A stretch of 63,589 nt of DNA, filler included, from Reclinomonas americana ATCC 50394 (GCA_048213135.1; 57 parts of 57 records of this genome joined end to end with filler, not necessarily neighbours in it), one strand, 5' to 3'; counted from the whole stretch's first letter, positions 48,932 through 61,544 are shown. A program made the numbers and translations. The notes: a model not told the origin generated them from the letters alone.

Positions 48932-49047
48932 GAAGGGTGACTGACAGACAGACGATCGCGAGCTTCTTTGGTCTTTTAATGTTGTCACTGAGCGCGTTCA
49001 GTGTGCCGCGACTGGTCGGCCACACTGCGCCTGATGCACTGGTGAGT

Positions 49048-49130
<83 letters not shown>

Positions 49131-50205
49131 CTCTTCTCTCTCTCTCTCTCNNNNNNNNNNNNNNNNNNNNNNNNNNNNNNNNNNNNNNNNNNNNTTAATT
49201 AATTAANNNNNNNNNNNNNNNNNNNNNNNNNNNNNNNNNNNNNNNNNNNNGGGGGGGAGGAAGAGAGGGAGAAGGAAGCGGAAAACAAAGAGAGAGCGTC
49301 TGCGCAAGAGAAGAGAAGAACAAAGGAGAGCGGGAGAGACAGAGACAAAGAAAAAGAAAGTGAAGTGAGAAAGACAGACACAGGGTGAGAGAGAGAGGAG
49401 GAGGAGAAGGAGGAGGAGGAGAGGGAGAGGGAGACGGAGAGTGGGAGAAGGTGGGAGAGAGTGAGAGTGAGACAAAAAAAGAGAGAAACTTAAGCAAGAA
49501 AGTCAGACACAGGCTGATAGAGAGAAAAACAGCGAGAGAGCGAGAGAGAGAGAGAGAAGGAGGACTGAGTGAATATGTGATGAGTGAAGGGAGAGGCAGG
49601 CAGAAAGACAAAGAAAGCGAGAGAAAGACTGAACTGGGAAATAGTGAGGTGGGGCGTGTGTGCGAGAGATAAAGAGAGGGAGAGGGAGAAGGAGTGGGAG
49701 AAGGAGAGGGAACAGAGAAGCAAAAAGAGAGAGAAAGAGAAGCAGAGAGAGAGAGAAAGAGAAGCAGAGAGGGAGAGAGAGAAGGGGAAGGAGATGGAGT
49801 GGGAGTGAGTGAGTGTGTGTGTGTGAGAGAGAGAGAGAAAGAGAGAGAGAGACTAAAGTGGGAAAGACAGACACAGGGTGAGAGAGTGAGAGAGAAAGCA
49901 AGAGAGAGAGAGAGAGAAGACAGAAAAGAGAGAAGGAAGGAGAGTGAGGCAAAGAGAGATAAGGAACGAGGAAGTGAGTGAGAGGTGAAGGAGAGAGTGA
50001 GCGAGAGTGAGAGAATGAGCGAGTGAGTGACTTGTCAGCATGAATCCAACAAAAGCTCCAATGAGAATGCATCATCACATCAATCAGCCTCAGCATGCAT
50101 TGTGCACTCTCATCTCATCGCTCTCTCACTCTCTAAGTGAGTGTGCGTATGTGAGTGCACACATGCCCACCTTTCCCCTCTCTCTCTCTCACACACAGAG
50201 TCCTC

Positions 50206-50263
<58 letters not shown>

Positions 50264-50363
50264 NNNNNNNNNNNNNNNNNNNNNNNNNNNNNNNNNNNNN
50301 NNNNNNNTTAATTAATTAANNNNNNNNNNNNNNNNNNNNNNNNNNNNNNNNNNNNNNNNNNNN

Positions 50364-50401
<38 letters not shown>

Positions 50402-50894
50402 AAGGGGGAAGAGAGCAGCACTGTTCCGCGGAACAAATGCACACAAAAAAAAAGAGTGACATGAGCACGTCACATGCTCATCCTCGTCAACACGACAAGA
50501 GCACAAGAGTGCGAGAAGAAGAAAGATGCGGTCACAAGGAGACCGCAGGGGGTCATTGTCGAGCATTTCCGAGCAACATGTCGGTCACTTGCTCCCCAAC
50601 AAACGCAGCAAGGAGGAAACGCACACACACATAAAGACAGACACAGACACAGCGCACGAGCACAGCAGAGAGAAAGAGAGAACAAGAGTAAAGAGAGGTG
50701 CGAAAAAAGTAGACAAAAACACGGAACATGCACATGCGAGCAGGAATGCAACAAGCAGTCATGGCACACGCGACTCACAGAGTGAAAGAGAAAGAAAAGA
50801 GAGAGAGCGCGCGTTGCCTCTGCTCCACACACCGACAACAATACAGTATGTCCGTCGATCGGCCATCCATCCACTTTCATTCAACTCCACCCCA

Positions 50895-51310
50895 ATGAGC
50901 GTGGCCAGTGGTGCCAGTGGCAGCAGCAGCCACGTGGAGACAGGCTACTCACTCTCAGACTTTCAGGTACGGCGAAAAAGCGGTTGTTTTTTTTTTGTCA
51001 CTGTCACTGACCAAAGTGAAAAAAAAAACAAACAAAAGGTGTTAAAGGAGCTCACGCGGAGTTCAAGTGGTGCTGTGTTTCAGGCGAGGCATAGGCGATC
51101 AGGCGATTTAGTGGTTTGTGTGTGAGAGAGAGTGTGTGTGATTTTTTGTGTGAGTTTGTAAGTTGTCTGTTGGTTTTTTGTGTTTGTGTTTGTGTGTTTG
51201 TAGGTTTTGAAGGAGAAGCGCTTCTCTGAGCTTGGTCACTCGAAGAGTGTGCTGCATGAGGTCAATTTGTTGACCAAGTTCAATCACCCGAATGTGGTGA
51301 AGTGTTATGG
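50895..51310 (+). CDS. Ser/Thr protein kinase (NEK-like), N-lobe exons
   Basis: YSLSDFQ / VLKELTRSSSGAVFQARHRRSGDLVV / LKEKRFSELGHSKSVLHEVNLLTKFNHPNVVKCY. Confidence 0.8.
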
Positions 51311-51479
51311 TGAGACAGGGAGGGAGAGGGAAGGGAGAGGGGGGAGAGAGAGAGAGAGAGAGAGAGGAGGAGGAGGAGANNNNNNNNNNNNNNNNNNNNN
51401 NNNNNNNNNNNNNNNNNNNNNNNTTAATTAATTAANNNNNNNNNNNNNNNNNNNNNNNNNNNNNNNNNNNNNNNNNNNN

Positions 51480-52491
51480 CTGTGTTGTCGACACCGGAAG
51501 GCGTGCCGTGAAGCACACGCTCGGCCTCGTACGCCCACTTGTTGATCATGTCCAGGTCGCCCGGGGTGGGTCGCCAGGCGGGTTGTGAGCGCAACTTGGA
51601 GGGGAGGGTGGTGAGAAAAGGGGAGAGCGAGGGGGAGAGAGAGAGAGTGGGAGGCGGGACTACTCACCACCACTCGCGATCCGGTGCTCTGCGGTCGAAT
51701 AAAATCGAATGCCGTGAGCAGCGCCGTCGCCGTGGCCACACAATATGACGCCGATGAGCCGAGACCAGCGCCAATCGGCAACTCGGTGCGCGTGTGCAAC
51801 TCGATCAGAGTTGGCAGGGAATCGTCCGAGTGGCCACTGCACGCGGACGGATATCGACATGAGTGCGCTCGTCGAGGAAGGAAAAAGCGCTCTTTCTCTC
51901 GGGGAATCATCTGCGAGCTATCAACTGCGCTGATAGCGACATGTTCTCTCTCTCTCTCTCTCTCTTGCTGTGCATCTTCACAGCAACACTGCTTGTCGAC
52001 AAAAGAGAAAACGCACTTTCTGTCCCTCGCCTCCTCTGTATCTTTCTCTCTCGCTGCATCTTCTGACCGTCACCGCAGACCTCATTCAAGAAGAATAGAA
52101 AAAGCACGCTACTCCTATTGCTCTCTCGACCATGCAGAGTCTCTCTCTCTCTCTCTCAGCGTCTTACAACAAGCTACATCTGCACAGAGTGTGACTCGTC
52201 ACCCATGCCACTCTCTGACCTCCCTCTCCCTTTTCTCAGTCATCCACACTGCAAGCTATCATCAAAAATGTTTGCCGCGAGACTACCATGGCAGATGCCG
52301 AGAGCGAAGCATTTGATCACGCACTCCCTCCCTCCTCATCCCCTTTCCCTTTCCCCCTCGCCCACTGCACACCTCTGCTCCCGATACAAATCAAACGCCA
52401 CCAGAAACAGCAAGGCCACCTTGACCGACGCCTCCCCCTTGGCCGCCTCCTCCAGCGCTCCATCCTCGCACAAGTCCACAAGCGACACACC
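51480..52491 (-). CDS. MVK: Mevalonate kinase, spliced fragment
   Basis: GHMP motif [16 protein letters not shown] plus [22 protein letters not shown]. Confidence 0.93.
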
Positions 52492-52591
52492 NNNNNNNNN
52501 NNNNNNNNNNNNNNNNNNNNNNNNNNNNNNNNNNNTTAATTAATTAANNNNNNNNNNNNNNNNNNNNNNNNNNNNNNNNNNNNNNNNNNNN

Positions 52592-53602
52592 TGTCAGCCG
52601 CTGGTCCGTCGACAATGAACGCGCTGACGGTGGCGACTGGTGGTCTGACGGTGACGGCCGGTGCGACGGCACTCTCTGGCTCGCTGTCGGTAGGTGGTGC
52701 GACCACATTCTCTGGCGGCCTGACGCTGTCATCGTTGACGCTGAATGGCAACTTGACGATTGCGAACGGAAATGTGTTCACCATGGGCACTGGACCGAGC
52801 TCTTTCGGCGGCACTGTGGACATCACTGGCGCCACGACCATCACCGGTGCGGTGACTGCCAATGGTGGCATGACTGTGTCGGGCGGTGCACTGACTGTCG
52901 GCGGCACCAACAACCTGTCGGTGGGCGGCAACGCTACTGTGGGCCAGCTGCTGACGGTGACTGGCGGGTCGGTGCTGACTGGCGCTGTGTCGGCGGGTAG
53001 CACGCTGACGGTGACGGGTGCGACGACGTTGAACGCGTCGCTGAATGTGCTTGGTGGCACGACATCGCTGTCGACGGTGACGGTGAGTGGTGCATCGCAG
53101 TTCAATGGCGCGACTGCCGTGGGCGGCACGTCGACGTTTACAGTGGGTACTGGCGCCACGACGCTGGGTGGCACTTTGGCGGTCACTGGCGCGACCACGC
53201 TGTCGTCGTCGCTGTCTGTAGGTGGCACGTCGACGCTGACTGGCAACACGACGGTGGGTGGCTCACTGTCTGTGCCGACTGGCACTCTGTCGATCAATGG
53301 CACGAGTACGCTGACTGGCAAGGCTACACTGGGCGGTGGTCTTGATCTCACCGGCAATCTGGCGTTCCTCGGCAACGGCACACTGACGGTGGGAGTCGGT
53401 GCAACAACGCTCGGAGGCTCACTGACTGTGGCCGGTGTGACGACGTTGAATGGGTTGTCACTGACGAACACGCTGACGATTCAGTCGCCTGGTGTGCTGG
53501 TGGTGCAGGGTACTGGCTTGTCGTCGTTTGCTGGCGATGTGGCGGTCAGCGGTAGTGCGACGGTGACGAATGTGCTGACGGTGAATGGCACGACGCAGTT
53601 CA
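52592..53602 (+). CDS. Gly/Thr/Val-rich beta-solenoid repeat protein, internal fragment
   Basis: Frame open across the whole contig with ~6/12-residue repeats (TLGGTLAVTGATTLSSSLSVGGTSTLTGNTTVGGSLSV). Confidence 0.8.
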
Positions 53603-53703
53603 ANNNNNNNNNNNNNNNNNNNNNNNNNNNNNNNNNNNNNNNNNNNNTTAATTAATTAANNNNNNNNNNNNNNNNNNNNNNNNNNNNNNNNNNNNNNNNN
53701 NNN

Positions 53704-54370
53704 TTACCGCAGGTGATGTAATCTTCGAGCTGGGACTTCAACGCGATGTTGACGTGCGACATCGCATCCTCTCTGCAGCGCAAAGGAATGTCGCGGCCCC
53801 AGAAAGCCTATAGTTTGTAACAGCAGGAACAATCGGTAAGATAAACTGCACCACCAGCAACGGACACACTACACGGGCGCGGATCCAACGCAACATACAT
53901 GGGTTTCCGTTGCTCCGGTGGCGCAAGCTCTTTCACATAGTTGACCAACTCGGACTTGTCCCACCGGAACAGATCTGCAAGCGGCGGAATCAGCTCAAGG
54001 GAAGTCGGTTCCATCACACAAAGCTGACAAGATGGTGCCAACACGCACCTGTAGTGACAACTGCCGGCATCTTCTGCACCACTGCTTTCTCCTTGTCACG
54101 CAGTTGCTTCTCCTCGTCGCGCAGTTGCTTCTCCTTGTCGAGCAACTTGTTCTCCTTGTCGCGCAATTTGTTCTCCTTGTCACGCAGTTGATTCTCCTTG
54201 TCGAGCAACTTGATCTTCTCGTCGCGCAGTTGCTTCTCCTTGTCGGCCCAGTATTGCTTGTCGCCCGCAGTCGCGGCTGCCTTCCAACTCTGCGCGGCCT
54301 CGTCAATCTTGCTCTGGACCTCCTTGATCTCGCGCTCTACATCGCGGAGTGATTGCTGAACTCCAAGCAC
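53704..54370 (-). CDS. Crinkler (CRN)-like protein with a heptad-repeat coiled-coil header
   Basis: DKEKQLR/DKENKLR heptads (21-nt tandem repeat ~54083-54245); a later exon reads FWGRDIPLRCREDAMSHV. Confidence 0.5.
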
Positions 54371-55719
54371 TGCAAGGCAATAATGGCACGCCAGCGGTGA
54401 GACATCACAGTCCAGCGACAGCACGGAAAAGGTCGCGCTCACATTCACTCGAATCTATGACAGATGCTGATGGCGAGAGGAACTTGTCAGATAATGTCAA
54501 TGTACACACACACACACGTGCACACACACACAAACACACACACACCAGTTGCTGACATGAACAGCCGCTGCTGAAAGCCGATCTGTAAGCGACCCCAGAC
54601 ACCTGGCACCGGTGACCATGGCGACGGCGGCACAAAGCGTGCGAACGGGCGCAGAGCAGCACACACGCCTGTGCGTGACGGAACACCTGCCCAAAGCACA
54701 AGAGCTGAGGAGATGNNNNNNNNNNNNNNNNNNNNNNNNNNNNNNNNNNNNNNNNNNNNTTAATTAATTAANNNNNNNNNNNNNNNNNNNNNNNNNNNNN
54801 NNNNNNNNNNNNNNNAAGAAGTAGAAAGAAGAGAAGAAGAAGAAGAAGAAGAACAAGAAGAAGAACAAGAACAAGAAGAAGAACAAGAAGAAGAAGAAGA
54901 AGAAGAAGAAGAAGAAGAAGAACAAGAACAAGAACAAGAACAAGAACAAGAAGAAGGACAAGAAGAAGGAGGAGGAAGAAGAGGACGAGGAGGAGGAGGA
55001 GAAGAAGAACAAGAACAAGTAGACGAACAAGAAGAAGAAGAAGAAGAAACATTGCAACCAGAGAATGAAGCAGAGACAAGCAGAAAAGTCAACGAGAAGG
55101 ACTGAAAGAGTGATCCGAGCATGAAGCCGTGTGAAAGTGGAAGAAGCACGATCTGTGCGGAGAGAGAGAAAGAGAGAGAAAGAAAGAGGAAAAAACGAGA
55201 GACGAGGAAGACAGCGAAAGAATGATCAGAGCATGCAGGAAAGAACATGTGCATGTGGAAAGACGCAGAGAACAATCTCAAAGCAGAGCACAGAGACAAA
55301 CACAGAGAGGCAAGCAGACAGAGCACAGAGAGAGAGAGAGCGCGATCTTTGAGTGCGGGTGATCGGAGAAACAATGTCAGTCTGCATCACACTCTTCTCA
55401 CCGTTGCTGCTTCCTCCACAGTGCCCTTCTCACATCTCTCGAGAAAGGAGAGCGCCTCAATGAGCCACACTGCAAACATCAAGGCATTGAATGAAGAAGC
55501 AAGACAGATCCGCCGGGTTTTGACAGGATTTTCGCGCGCTTTTTCTGTTGGAGAGTGAGGCAGAGGCATGGCCTCGCGGTCGCCACCGCGTGAGACAGCG
55601 GATGAGGTGCTGGCGAGAGCGGCGTTTGCGCAGTATGCGCAGGAGGGAAAGGGTGAGTGCAACAAGGAGGAAGAAGGGAAGGAGAAGAGATGAGAAAAAG
55701 ACACTCCCTCGCTCTCCTC

Positions 55720-55826
<107 letters not shown>

Positions 55827-55926
55827 NNNNNNNNNNNNNNNNNNNNNNNNNNNNNNNNNNNNNNNNNNNNTTAATTAATTAANNNNNNNNNNNNNNNNNN
55901 NNNNNNNNNNNNNNNNNNNNNNNNNN

Positions 55927-56520
55927 CAACGAGAGAGGAAAGTCCCCACACACAGAGTCATCCAACGCAACTTGTAGAATCGAGCCACAGATGGCCCTCC
56001 ATTCACGTAGTCGTGCGTCTGGCCACATCCGCCAGTGTATGTCGACACATCTCCCAAGTGAATGTCGACAAATCGGATGCACTGATTGCTGCACGGAAGC
56101 ACACACCAGAGTCAAATCAGGTCTGCGTCATCATGGCAATACATGCGGGCATCAACGCAACAGGTAGTCGGCGACATACAGATTGCCGCGTGCATCCGTT
56201 GTCATTCCCTATCAAATGAAAAGACATGAGATCAAGATCGGAAAACAACTCACACATAGCATGTTGCATGGTAAATCATGCGATCGGCTACTCAACAAGT
56301 GGGCCATTGAACATCGCATGCAAGCGGTCATCGTTCTTGAAACCGCTGGTACTGTAGCTGCCAGCAAAGGTGCTGACCGCGGACGCCGTCGAGAAATCCC
56401 CACTGTCGACCGCAAGCTCAAAGTAGTTGTTGCTCGCCGCCAAAGAGGTGTTGATAATCGTGGCCTGGAGCGTCGCCGCCTGAGACGCGACGGAGGTGGC
56501 AGCGTTTGTGGTTACCAACG
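55927..56520 (-). CDS. NHL-repeat protein, spliced fragment
   Basis: VSTFAGSYSTSGFKNDDRLHAMFNGP and NQCIRFVDIHLGDVSTYTGGCG...DYVNGGPSVARF match NHL repeats. Confidence 0.7.
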
Positions 56521-57037
56521 TAGCTGTGGAATGGGAGAGGGAGAGAGAGAGGCAGAGGGGAGGGATTAGGGAAAAGAGAGGCAGAGAAAGTGTAGGGAGA
56601 GAGAGAGAGAGAGATAAGTTGCGCGAGGGGGAGGGAGGGAGGAGAGGGAATCAGAGGGCGAGAGAGAGAGAGACAGGAAAGAGAGGTGGGGCTCGCTATA
56701 AGCGTATTCATGAGTGAGAGAGAGAGAGAGAGAACAAGGAGAAGGACTTTTCTGCGCGTGCAAGAGCGTGCGCAGCGAGAGACAACGAGCAGCGAGCACT
56801 GACGAGGGACAGAGAGAGGGTGATCGAGGGTGAGAGGTGCACGAGAGAGAATGAGAGAGAGCGAGAGACAGTCAAGGAGTAAGAGGGATGGATTCACGTT
56901 GCGTGAATGTGCACGCATGCGTGTGCGGGAGGGGCGCNNNNNNNNNNNNNNNNNNNNNNNNNNNNNNNNNNNNNNNNNNNNTTAATTAATTAANNNNNNN
57001 NNNNNNNNNNNNNNNNNNNNNNNNNNNNNNNNNNNNN

Positions 57038-57300
57038 CTTCCCTGCTGCTCCCATCAAAGATGGCGACCTTTGGTAGGCCTGTGTGCATGTGCGTGATCA
57101 GTGGGGCACAGAGGTGAAGACACCGATTCACACACACGCAACTGTGAGCACCGCGAAAGCCGACGCCAATGCCCAGCACGTGTGAGAAGAGTGGGTGGGG
57201 GTTGAAGGCCAGTGCGTGTACGTTGTCGACGAGGCGATCGGAGACGTTGAAGAGCTGGTTGCAGGTCGATGATCCATGCGGTGACCACCTCCCGCTCATC
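57038..57300 (-). CDS. Possible WD40-like protein, 5' fragment
   Basis: VHALAFNPHPLFSHVLGIG and KVAIFD in consecutive exons. Confidence 0.35.
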
Positions 57301-57471
57301 GACAACTCAAAAACACAATCGATGTCGATGTCGACAACGGACACTGCATTCACTCAAAAACGACCCTTCGCTGCTGCTGCTGCTGCTGCTGCTGCACCTC
57401 TGCACTGACGCGCGCCGTGCACGCACAGGAAAGGGAGGGCGGCGGAAAAAAAGCAATGGATTTGGAAATGC

Positions 57472-58047
57472 TCAAAACTCGTAGTGCGTCGGCTGGTGAG
57501 CGCCACCCGAGGCGCGCAGACGAGTGGTGATGTCGTCCTCGGTGAGATCCTCTGCCTGCTCAATCTGCACCTCGACATGCACGGCACGGAAGGCGCGATC
57601 GACCACCTGCGGAATTCGGAACATTGTTAGAGAAGGAGCTGCAGGAGCGATCGCCGAGAAACACAAAGAGAAGAGACAGTGACCAAGCACGGATGCCTTT
57701 GCAAGCTGCATGTCCAGCCTGCCAGTCTGTCTATAGCATCGCGCTCACCTGTCCCTTATGCTGACCAGCACGAGCACGCTTCATCACTGGCGCACCCGGC
57801 GGCACATACGACACAAAGATGAACTTGTTGCGACGCGACACGGTGCTGCCACGATCGTCGACGCCCACACATCGGAACCCGCCAAACGCGACCTCGTCCG
57901 CCGGCAAGTGCTCCTGCGCGCACAAACGATAAGGAGGAGGAGGAGGAACAAACTTGCAGCCTTGATGCAGTGCAGCAGCTTACCTTGAAGGCGGCCAGGC
58001 CACCCGCGCCCCTCTGACGCACCTGCGTTTGTTGCGTGTCAGCGCTG
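57472..58047 (-). CDS. Coactosin-like ADF-H actin-binding protein, 3' part
   Basis: GAGGLAAFK / EHLPADEVAFGGFR...RRNKFIFVSYVPPGAPVMKRARAGQHKGQV / HVEVQIEQAEDLTEDDITTRLRASGGAHQPTHYEF*. Confidence 0.88.
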
Positions 58048-58173
58048 NNNNNNNNNNNNNNNNNNNNNNNNNNNNNNNNNNNNNNNNNNNNTTAATTAAT
58101 TAANNNNNNNNNNNNNNNNNNNNNNNNNNNNNNNNNNNNNNNNNNNNTCTCCTCTTCTCTCACTACTCTCCTC

Positions 58174-58204
<31 letters not shown>

Positions 58205-58469
58205 ATTTACTTTCTCTCAAACTGTCTCTCCCCACTTCACATCTCTTATGCTACTACGCTGATTGAGGTGCGAGCTGCACTCTTAATCACATCGCCTGCT
58301 CCCTCGTTCCACTTCCTCTTCCACTCTTTTCACTTCTATTTTCCTCGCTCTCCAACTCTTCCTCCTCCTGTCCCTCCCTCTCTCCCTCTGTTTCCTTCCT
58401 CCTCTCCCCTTCCCTCTCTTCTTACCCCTCCCTTCCTCTCCCTCCCCCCTTTCTCCCTTTTACCACAGT

Positions 58470-59157
58470 CGTGAAGCCCACCAACATCGCCATCAAAGCT
58501 GGCGCCGCGAACCAGCTCGTCGACATTACCGTGCGCGGCGGCGGCATTGCCTTCTCCAACTCGTCCACCCTCGCCATCTTCACCACTCGCCAATGCAACG
58601 CTCTGTCGTCTCCCACCGCGATTGCCGCCACTGGTGCGCGCACTACCAACCCGGACGGCAGCGTCTCCACCACCATGACGCTCACGGCCACTGCCGACGC
58701 TGATGGCGGTCAGCGTTTCCTCTGTGTCGACTTGGATGGACCGAGCGGTGGCGCATACCACCCGGAACTCATCGGCACAGTGTTTGTCTGTTGCGTATAC
58801 TGCCTACTGCGTGCACTCATGGTGTGTGTGTGTCTGAAGCTGCGTTTGGCAACAGTTGTCTCGAAGCCCACACCGCAGCCGCTCACCGTCACCACGGGCC
58901 TCGCCGCATACAACCTCACCATTCTAGGCCGCTTCTTTCCGACGCCGATTGTCGCGAGCAGTGGTGCCGTGTTTGGACTGTATGCAGCGGCCGACTGCAC
59001 TGGTGCCGCGGCCGCGACCAACACCAACGTCGTGCTGTCAGACGTTATCAACAACTACGACGACAACGACGAAGACAACCTGCAACAAGTCATCTTCACC
59101 GTTTCCACTGGCACTTTGTTTGGCAGCGGGGGGCTCGGTCCGACGGCCACCAACACG
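58470..59157 (+). CDS. Large surface protein fragment with Cys-paired beta-sandwich repeats
   Basis: Two similar modules (LAIFTTRQC...RFLCVD; FGLYAAADC...) separated by an intron; Ala/Thr/Gly-rich. Confidence 0.6.
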
Positions 59158-59257
59158 NNNNNNNNNNNNNNNNNNNNNNNNNNNNNNNNNNNNNNNNNNN
59201 NTTAATTAATTAANNNNNNNNNNNNNNNNNNNNNNNNNNNNNNNNNNNNNNNNNNNN

Positions 59258-59298
<41 letters not shown>

Positions 59299-60206
59299 CG
59301 CACACACCCGACAAGACGTTCCACTACCATTTTCTCTGTACATGTGGTGCTACGTGTGCGGTTTCGTGCCAGAGATGCGCAGGTTCAGGAGTATGCACAT
59401 TGAAGGGAGCAGTGAGACTGAGCAAGAACAAGAAGCTGCATCACGCGCATCTCTCTCGTCCACAAACACATCCACGCAACACCACACGAAGACACAGACA
59501 GCAGTTCACGGCCATCTCCATGGCAAGAACCACCTCTCACGCACCGCGCACACTCATGATCACAGAGAGAGAGACAGAGAAATGTTAGAGGACTTGTTAC
59601 CTCCCCATGGCAGCGCCTAAAAAACGCGAAAAAAGTTAGGCGCAGCTAGCGTTTGCTTATGGTGGTGCTTTTGTTTTTTCCGGTGCTGCATCATGTGGTT
59701 TTCGGCAATCACCTCTGCGATAGCCGGTGTCGCCCTCTCTGTTTACCAGCGCTACCTTTTTAGTTTCCTGGCACTCCATTCTGTATCTTCAGCATCACCC
59801 TCGCAATCACGGGTGTCGCTGTTTCCAAGGTGGAGTTTTTCACAGTGCCAAGTGAAAAATGTATCACAGTTTCCGAACCGAACGCGGCTACATTGCATTT
59901 GTTCGCATTCATGTCCGCAAACATGAGCTCCTGAGAGTTGGGGAGTGTTCCTTTTTTCACGCGTGTGCGGTTGGATTGCTCTCCGTCTCTTGTTTTGCGT
60001 CCTTGACCTCGCAACAACAAGGGTGCGAGAAAGGGGGCTGCCAAAAAAACAAGCGTGCACATTTTTCTTTTCTTTTCACCGCCCCACTTTTGAAAAAGAA
60101 AAAGTCAGGATCCAAGTCACATGGTTGTGTTTCTTGGGCGTCACATTTTCTTCACGACTGATTTTCAGTCGGTGTGTTTGTGCGCACGCTTGTATTTTTT
60201 CAGGGG

Positions 60207-60262
60207 TCAAGGGTCAAGGGTCAAGGGTCAAGGGTCAAGGGTCAAGGGTCAAGGGTCAAGGG
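60207..60262 (+). repeat. (TCAAGGG)8 tandem repeat at contig 3' end; candidate telomeric repeat
   Basis: Eight perfect heptamers, G-rich strand pointing towards the contig end, followed only by GTTGA. Confidence 0.7.
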
Positions 60263-60762
60263 GTTGANNNNNNNNNNNNNNNNNNNNNNNNNNNNNNNNN
60301 NNNNNNNNNNNTTAATTAATTAANNNNNNNNNNNNNNNNNNNNNNNNNNNNNNNNNNNNNNNNNNNNTACAGCGCGATCGCTATCGCACGACACTCTGAT
60401 GTCGTCAAAGCCAGCAACAGGGAGGGAAAGCAAACACACATCGACCTCGAGCCTCGTCCTCACGGGTTCGTGAAGAACAGGCAAGGGATTTGTGGGCGTT
60501 TGTTACATTATAATTATGGGAATATGGCGAATGAAGTCTTTTGTTTGTTTCATGAGCCCTTCGAAGTCGAATTCACAATTATCCGAATTCCAATGCTATA
60601 CGTACTTTCCGTCTGCTGTCTTCGGTGCTCACTCACAATTGCCTGCCTTTCCCGCTTCCTGTCCACGTTTGTCGCGTTTGTCGCGTTTGCCACGAATTTT
60701 CCGCGCGGTTTCACTCACTCACTCACTCACTCACTCACTCACTCACTCGCTGACACGCAATC

Positions 60763-61036
60763 ATGGCCGCTGTGCAAGAGCTCTTTGACCTCGCTGTGTG
60801 GACTGTGCGCGGTTGCGTTTCCTTACTCCCTGTCTCACAAGTTTTTCCCGCGCGACATTGCACACTCTCTCTCTCACTCACTCTCACTCTCTGTTTGCAG
60901 AGAGCGCCAAGTACCGCGATGGCCCGCAGATCTCGCTGAGCAACGATGACAAGCTGCGAGTGTACTCGCGCTTCAAGCAGGCCACAGAGGGAAATGTGAA
61001 CATTGAGCGACCGGGCATGTTTTCGTTTGAGGGACG
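60763..61036 (+). CDS. Acyl-CoA-binding protein (ACBP), 5' exons
   Basis: MAAVQELFDLA / SAKYRDGPQISLSNDDKLRVYSRFKQATEGNVNIERPGMFSFEGR matches the YxxFKQATxG...RPG motif. Confidence 0.9.
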
Positions 61037-61289
61037 GTGAGTGTGTGTGTGTGTATGAGAGAGAGAGAGAGAGAGAGAGTAAAAGAGAAGGAGAAGAGAG
61101 AGAGAAGAAGAGAGAAGTGATTGAGATGATGACGTGTTTGTATTTGCGTTTTGCTCACTCTGTTGTGCTTTTTATGCACTGATGCAAGTATGCATTTGTG
61201 TGTGAGAGAGAGAGAGAGTGTGTGAGTGTGCATTTGTGTTTCTGCATCAGTTGTGTGTGTCGTGATTGGTTTTCTGTCGGTTTTCAGAC

Positions 61290-61363
<74 letters not shown>

Positions 61364-61499
61364 GTACGTCGTCNNNNNNNNNNNNNNNNNNNNNNNNNNN
61401 NNNNNNNNNNNNNNNNNTTAATTAATTAANNNNNNNNNNNNNNNNNNNNNNNNNNNNNNNNNNNNNNNNNNNNAGTTCTCTGCCAGGTGAGCATATCAC

Positions 61500-61544
<45 letters not shown>

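Noticed and set aside
52536..53471. 311-aa minus-strand Val/Pro-rich ORF (and similar antisense ORFs at 12407-13432, 19286-20095, 28225-28932)
   Set aside because: Antisense shadows of GC-rich or repetitive coding sequence on the other strand.
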